Shown here: piece by piece, positions 58,591-64,000 of the stretch
Position numbering within the stretch: position 1 is the first letter of the stretch
How the letters are laid out: each line of letters opens with the position of its first letter
Assembly (NCBI GenBank): GCA_963706595.1
Contig: OY970166.1
Location: forward strand, 3,840,001-3,904,000
Length of the DNA: 64,000 bases
DNA from: an uncultured cyanobacterium
GTDB taxonomy: Bacteria; Cyanobacteriota; Cyanobacteriia; Cyanobacteriales; Nostocaceae
Reading direction: 5' to 3'
Made by a program: the position numbers and the translations under genes
Notes under the pieces: model-generated
The model's input: only the letters and a program-made list of their open reading frames with translations
Databases searched by the model: none
Told to the model about the DNA's origin: nothing

Positions 58591-59433
58591 AAAAGGGCGT
58601 AAGCTTTGCTTTAATTACACTGAATTAATTGTAGCCCTTATGCCTGGGCTTAAATCAGTTATCAGTGAACAGTGAACAGTTATCAAGGCATCAGGTGGGG
58701 ACTTGATAAAGAAGCAGGCAGAAATTACTTTAAACTTCCGGTTACTTAACAACGATTCCTCTTCTCCCTTGCACCCTGCCTTTTGTTGAACCCCAAAATG
58801 ATTTTGTAGCCTCAGATACATTTGTCAGAGGATAAATTTCAACTACTTTTACTTATTAGGTCTATGAGACTCCCAGATCAGCTACTCTACTTAAATAGAT
58901 TAGCTGGAAGTTTTGATATCTTTTAACAATATGATTTGAGTTGTGCTGAATTTGTTCATCAACATCTCTGGAATTTTCAGGTTGGCTAAAACGTACATCA
59001 AGTAATTTTACGTAATTCTGGTAAAAGTACCTCTGGCTATAATGAAAGCACCTAAAATAGGCATTTTAACTTAAGTAATAACACTAGAAATTAAGTAAAA
59101 AGTCAAACTATTATGATCTAAATAATAAAGTTAATGTAAAAACCTTTAAAAACCGAGGACAAGTTCTTACAGAAACTTTATTGTATAAGATCCCAAAAAC
59201 TGAATAATAGTTATGGCTTACCTAAAAGCACATCTGGCTCAGGAATATCACGATTAACTCTTGAAGTCTAGTTAAGAAAAAACCCAGGAGAGTGAATTAT
59301 AGAATACAACTGTTGTGGATTGAAGAAAGACTTTTAATTCCAGCACTGTGAATGAAAACAAAATATAAAGTATTTTGGCTAGGGATATAATTCCTCACCC
59401 TGACGACCACTAAGTAAAAAAATACTCACAACT

Positions 59434-59718
59434 ATGAACTCCAAAGCATTACCACGCCAAATCAATAATATCGAAGTAGGTGTTTATGAGTGCGAAATAC
59501 ATCTTAAGTTTCGGCTAATTGAAGAAAAAAGTCTATTAAGCGATCGCGAGCAACTGTTACAGGTGTTGCTAGATGCTTTAACAGAAGGCTCTGATGAGTT
59601 TCTAGAGACGCTGCAAGCATCTGTGAAGGCGCAGGAAGTGTCTGAGTTCAAAGCCTCACCACAAATGCGCCGCCAGTTGATGCGCTTACGTAATGCGGTT
59701 GACAATACTCAATCGTAA
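59434..59718 (+). CDS. Npun_R1517-family heterocyst differentiation regulator
   Basis: MNSKALPRQ...VYECEIHLKFRLIEEK...MRRQLMRLRN matches the family as I recall it. Confidence 0.8.
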   Translation: MNSKALPRQINNIEVGVYECEIHLKFRLIEEKSLLSDREQLLQVLLDALTEGSDEFLETLQASVKAQEVSEFKASPQMRRQLMRLRNAVDNTQS

Positions 59719-60125
59719 AAAAGCTAAAAACCTCAAACTTTAATTGAGTCATAGCAAAGTCATCAACTAGGCAGAAAATGGTGAACTTTTTTGGAGTATT
59801 CCATTGCTTCCTATGTAGTTTTATCAAGGGTTAGCTTGTATAACTTTACGCCAAAAAGACAAGCTATAGTTTACCCTACTCTTTGAGAAGCCAAAAATAG
59901 CATCTACACACAATAAATCCAACAGTTTACATTACGGAAATTGCGGAATGTCTACGAAAAGACTAATACCTGAATCTCACAGCAGGTAATTGTTTTTCAA
60001 AACTGAGATTTCAGTACAATTGCTTTAACCAGGGTTTTGCTTCGATTTGTAGAAAGATTAGCTAGTAATCTGCCAAAAAGCCGATAGAATCAGCTTTTGA
60101 GCAAAAATGATGGTGATATTTAAGT

Positions 60126-60821
60126 TTACTGAGCAAGACCGTGTTCCAGTGCAAAACGAACTAACTCAGTGCGGCTATTCGTGCCAGTTTTACTAAACAA
60201 ACGGCTGACGTATTTTTCCACGTTCCGGACACTGGTTTCTAAACGTCGGGCGATTTCTTTGTTCATTAACCCTTCCGCTACCAAATTTAAAACGCTTTGC
60301 TCTCTGGGGGTCAAGTCAATTTTAAATGGGGCTGGGGATGTGGAGATTGCACTTCTTTGAGTTAACAAAGCTTTAATTTGAGCAATCTGATTAGCTAGTT
60401 CAGCAATGTCAATAGTTTCGTTCTCTTCACCAGTGCTTGTCACCTTAGTGAGTCGGCGCGACAGTAAATTTTCCACTATGGCCACTAATTCATCTGGATC
60501 GAATGGCTTGGGTAGGTACGCATCAACACCTGCTTGGTAGCCCTGAATGCGATCGCCTGTCATGCCTTTAGCAGTTAAAAATACCACTGGAAGTGCTTGA
60601 AAACGGGGATCGTCTCGCAGTTGTTTGAGGAACTGATAGCCATCCACCTGGGGCATCATGACATCAGAAATCACTAAATCAGGTGTATTTTGCTGCATCA
60701 AATCCCAGCCTTCACGGGCGTTACTGGCAACTTGAACGCTGAAACCGCTTTCTTGTAAGTAGTCTCTCACAGCTTCCCGCAATCCCGGTTCATCATCTAC
60801 CAGTAACAATTGTGCTGACAT
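60126..60821 (-). CDS. NarL/LuxR family response regulator (Ycf29-like)
   Basis: Receiver LVDD, ISDVMMP and KPF; HTH LTPREQ...NKEIA. Confidence 0.92.
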   Translation of the reverse strand: MSAQLLLVDDEPGLREAVRDYLQESGFSVQVASNAREGWDLMQQNTPDLVISDVMMPQVDGYQFLKQLRDDPRFQALPVVFLTAKGMTGDRIQGYQAGVDAYLPKPFDPDELVAIVENLLSRRLTKVTSTGEENETIDIAELANQIAQIKALLTQRSAISTSPAPFKIDLTPREQSVLNLVAEGLMNKEIARRLETSVRNVEKYVSRLFSKTGTNSRTELVRFALEHGLAQ

Positions 60822-60920
60822 TTAAGTTTCCCTGTGTTTACCTGTTTCCAATTTAGCGAAAGTTGGCAGGTATTGGTTAAATTTAGAGAACGCTGATGCC
60901 GGAATGAAATTGAAAAGCTG

Positions 60921-61883
60921 TTACAGCCAGTCGATATTTTTGGCATTTTCAGGCAACTTAGCATCTCTTTGCCCAACAAACCGCGCTCTAGCGGTGAATA
61001 AACCAATGGGAGTATTTAATAAGTCTACAAGCGTGGCTTGACCTGCGATCGCCTGCAAAATACCTTTTGGTAGTTCCTTTAATAACCAACGCACCCAGCG
61101 ATAACTGTAATCTTTGGCTGTCATCCCTGGCATTAATGTTACACCGTGCAGTTCATGTAGATAGCGATTAGAGCGTCCGTAGCGTCGCCATTGACTTTCT
61201 AGTTCTTGGATTGTGGCGCGGTGGCGGTGCTGGATAACTGCATTGGGGGCAAATTCTAACCGCCCCAGATTTGACCGCAGAATCCGCCAACAAATATCCG
61301 CATCGCCCCCAGTGGTCAGATATGGTCGAAATAGACCTGATTTTTCTAAAGTCGTGCGGCGAATTGCTAAATTAGCAGTTTGACCGTAAGGACAAAAGGA
61401 ATTAGCTAGAGTATGCTTCTGGGATAAAGTTTCTTGACGTTCTGCGTGTTTTTCTAAGATAGTGTCGCCCGGTAGCGCCGCAATTTCACCAGCGACAATT
61501 ACCACATCTGGCTCACTCAAAGGCTGGATTAACGAGTGTAGCCATTGTGGTTGAGGATGACAATCAGCATCCGTAAAGGCAATAATTTCGCCCACAGCCG
61601 CGCGGATTCCCGTATTTCGGGCAGCGTAAGAGCTTTGAATTTGATTTTCGCTCAAAACCTTAATTACAGGTGAATTTTCCGCAGCTGCTTTTAAGAGGCT
61701 CAGAGTGCGATCGCTGCTGTTATTATCCACCAGTAGATACTCCACCCGGTCTTGAGGGTAAGTTTGCGATCGCAGACAATTGATTAACTCTGGTAAATCT
61801 GCCTCACCGTTATAGATCGGAACAACCACTGATACCATTGGCAAGAAACTGTTCGCAGTGGTTGGATCAACTGGCTGAATCAT
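60921..61883 (-). CDS. Glycosyltransferase family 2
   Basis: VSVVVPIYN, VDNNSSD, ARNTG and FTDADC motifs. Confidence 0.92.
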   Translation of the reverse strand: MIQPVDPTTANSFLPMVSVVVPIYNGEADLPELINCLRSQTYPQDRVEYLLVDNNSSDRTLSLLKAAAENSPVIKVLSENQIQSSYAARNTGIRAAVGEIIAFTDADCHPQPQWLHSLIQPLSEPDVVIVAGEIAALPGDTILEKHAERQETLSQKHTLANSFCPYGQTANLAIRRTTLEKSGLFRPYLTTGGDADICWRILRSNLGRLEFAPNAVIQHRHRATIQELESQWRRYGRSNRYLHELHGVTLMPGMTAKDYSYRWVRWLLKELPKGILQAIAGQATLVDLLNTPIGLFTARARFVGQRDAKLPENAKNIDWL

Positions 61884-61945
61884 AAAATACAAGATTTATC
61901 GGAATGGGATTACTCAATAATATTCCCACTCCCAAATCTTCCTAT

Positions 61946-63283
61946 CTAAAATCTTAAATCTCTAGCACCAGAACTGACAGGTTGGTTAGTTGGGCTAGCT
62001 GGAGGTTGAGCGAAGTTTTTAGTTGATAGGGCGGCGATCGCTCTGGCATATTGCGGATCGTTTTGAGTCCCAACTAAATTCGGATTAGTCGCCAGCTGAC
62101 GCTCTTGTGCTGCTGTCAAGTCTAGTTTGATATCTGGCACAATCCCTTTTTTATTAATATCTGTGCCATCGGGGGTGTAGTAGTGGGCAATGGTGACTGC
62201 TAAACCTGAACCATCGGCCAGTTCATGAACAGATTGTACCAGTGCTTTACCAAAGGTTTGACTACCAATCACAACGGCTCGGTTATTATCCTTAAGCGCT
62301 CCGGTGAGGATTTCGCTAGCACTAGCTGAATTACCATCTACGAGTATTGCCAAAGGTCGTTGAGTCAGAGCAGTACGATTGGCATTAGTTATCTCACTAC
62401 CTCCCGCGCGGTTAACTGTGCGAACAATACCGCCATTATCCAACCACATGCGAGCAATCTCAATACTGGAATTTAACAAACCGCCAGGATTTCCGCGCAA
62501 ATCTAAAACAAACGCATCAGCTTTTTGATTGTTTAAATCTCGAATAGCTCGACGCATTTGATCCGAAGCATGACCGCTAAACTCCCGCAATTGGATATAG
62601 CCAACCCGACGATTGCCTTCTTGCTTGAGGTTATAACGTACTGTTGGGACTTCAATTGTCGCCCGTGTCAGCTTCACATCAAAAGCACTCTGCCCCTTTC
62701 TTCCTAATTGCAGCGTAATCGGACTACCAGGTTTACCGCGAATTAACCCAGAGGCTTCTTCCACTGACATTTTTTGCGTAGGTTTGCCATCAATTGCCAA
62801 AATCTCATCGCCTGCTTTCATCCCACCCTTCAGCGCCGGAGAATTTTCTATCGCTTCCAAAACAGTCAGACGCTTGCTTTGCTCATTCAATTCCATGCGA
62901 ATACCAATTCCGGAGACTTCACCGGATGTTTGGCTGGTAAGATTTTGATATTGTTGGGGGTCCATAAATCGCGTGTAAGGATCACCCAGTTTTTGCAAAG
63001 CTTCACGAATTGCCACATAGGCTTGTTCATTAGAAGAATATTCTTTGCTTAACAAGCTCTGTCTAGTGGCTAGCCAATCTTGTTGATTAAAGCTGCCATC
63101 AACATACTCACGATTTACCAATTGCCATACTTGGTCAACTAACGTTTTCGGGCTATCTTGTAAGGCAGCAAGAACGGAGCGAGTCCAAGCAGAGCCAAAT
63201 ACAGAGACAGTGGCGGTTGTGGCGATCGCTCCACCAATCAAGACTACTTGGAGCGGCGAGTAACGTTTCGCAGATTGGTTCAT
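61946..63283 (-). CDS. ctpB: Carboxyl-terminal processing protease (S41 family)
   Basis: DPYTRF, PDZ GIG, DLRGNPGG, SASASE and TFGK motifs. Confidence 0.88.
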   Translation of the reverse strand: MNQSAKRYSPLQVVLIGGAIATTATVSVFGSAWTRSVLAALQDSPKTLVDQVWQLVNREYVDGSFNQQDWLATRQSLLSKEYSSNEQAYVAIREALQKLGDPYTRFMDPQQYQNLTSQTSGEVSGIGIRMELNEQSKRLTVLEAIENSPALKGGMKAGDEILAIDGKPTQKMSVEEASGLIRGKPGSPITLQLGRKGQSAFDVKLTRATIEVPTVRYNLKQEGNRRVGYIQLREFSGHASDQMRRAIRDLNNQKADAFVLDLRGNPGGLLNSSIEIARMWLDNGGIVRTVNRAGGSEITNANRTALTQRPLAILVDGNSASASEILTGALKDNNRAVVIGSQTFGKALVQSVHELADGSGLAVTIAHYYTPDGTDINKKGIVPDIKLDLTAAQERQLATNPNLVGTQNDPQYARAIAALSTKNFAQPPASPTNQPVSSGARDLRF

Positions 63284-63616
63284 GTATATCAGTGGAATAT
63301 ATTTGTGTTGTTGACAGTTTAGCAATCAGGCATTTGGGAAATTTTTCAGTTTTTATACTTAATGTGAGTTTATGTTCCCCTCATCATTTTCTCCTGAGAA
63401 TTCTTTGATACTTGATTAATGAGATTTCTCTAACTATGACCTTTTTTAGTAGTCTAATACGACACTGTGAAGTTACAGTAACGTTACTGTGACTTTGTGA
63501 TGACAGCCTGATCGATATCAGCTTTACACCCGATATTATTTTAATAAGATAGCACTTCGCTGACTTAATTGTAGGTCTTCTCGACATAATTTAACCAAGC
63601 TTTTATTACCTATATC

Positions 63617-64000
63617 ATGAGATATAAATTTACAAAAACCTCGTCAATTTCTCCATTGAGAAAATTACACAAACAGTGGCAATGGCTACAAAAAATAGCT
63701 TGTGGCTTATGCTTGATATTTGGTAGTTGGCTAATTTTTACTACTATAACTCTAGTTTGGGCATCATCTGCGCCAGTAGATGCCTTTTTTGTCCTGGGTG
63801 GTAGTATTCGCCGAGAAATTTATGTTACCCAAATAACCCAAAAATATCCACAAATTCCAGTTTTAATTTCTAGTGGTTCCCCACCACCCTGCATCAAGGT
63901 AATTTTTCAAAGGGAAGCAGCAGAGTTACAAAACGTTTGGTTAGAAAATTGTGCTGATTCCACTTTTGAGAACTTTTACTACAGCATACCCATTTTGCGG
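63617..64000 (+). CDS. YdcF (DUF218) family protein; 3' end outside window
   Basis: Manually translated: TM helix, then DAFFVLGGSIRRE, ISSGS and LENCADSTFENF; frame open to the edge. Confidence 0.8.
   Translation, partial: MRYKFTKTSSISPLRKLHKQWQWLQKIACGLCLIFGSWLIFTTITLVWASSAPVDAFFVLGGSIRREIYVTQITQKYPQIPVLISSGSPPPCIKVIFQREAAELQNVWLENCADSTFENFYYSIPILR

Overview
64-kb chromosomal segment of a heterocyst-forming (Nostocales-type) cyanobacterium, judged from abundant HIP1 GCGATCGC octamers, heptameric STRR arrays, ccbP, an Npun_R1517-like gene, psbD-psbC, ycf4 and ndhM. From left to right it carries: a metal-homeostasis cluster (tandem Ni-type and Co-type ECF transporters, divergent from a probable Fur-controlled operon of Tat two-domain multicopper oxidase, HhH-domain lipoprotein, ferritin-like protein and FTR1 permease); an intact IS4/Tn5-like element with 28-bp TIRs and a 10-bp TSD; housekeeping and photosynthesis genes (clpP, zam, ubiX, aroK, psbDC, ycf4, gdhA, folB, menD, ctpB); a type I restriction-modification locus with fused HsdM-HsdS; two orphan antitoxins; a FIST-histidine kinase pair; and tmRNA. 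The best candidates for undescribed biology are (1) the four-gene Fet3/Ftr1-like iron uptake and storage operon with its unusual HhH lipoprotein, (2) a 51-aa signal-peptide-like ORF absent from the ORF track, behind tandem DIF1-like promoter motifs, and (3) a patatin with an inserted beta-rich module. All family assignments are from motif recognition only; no searches were run.
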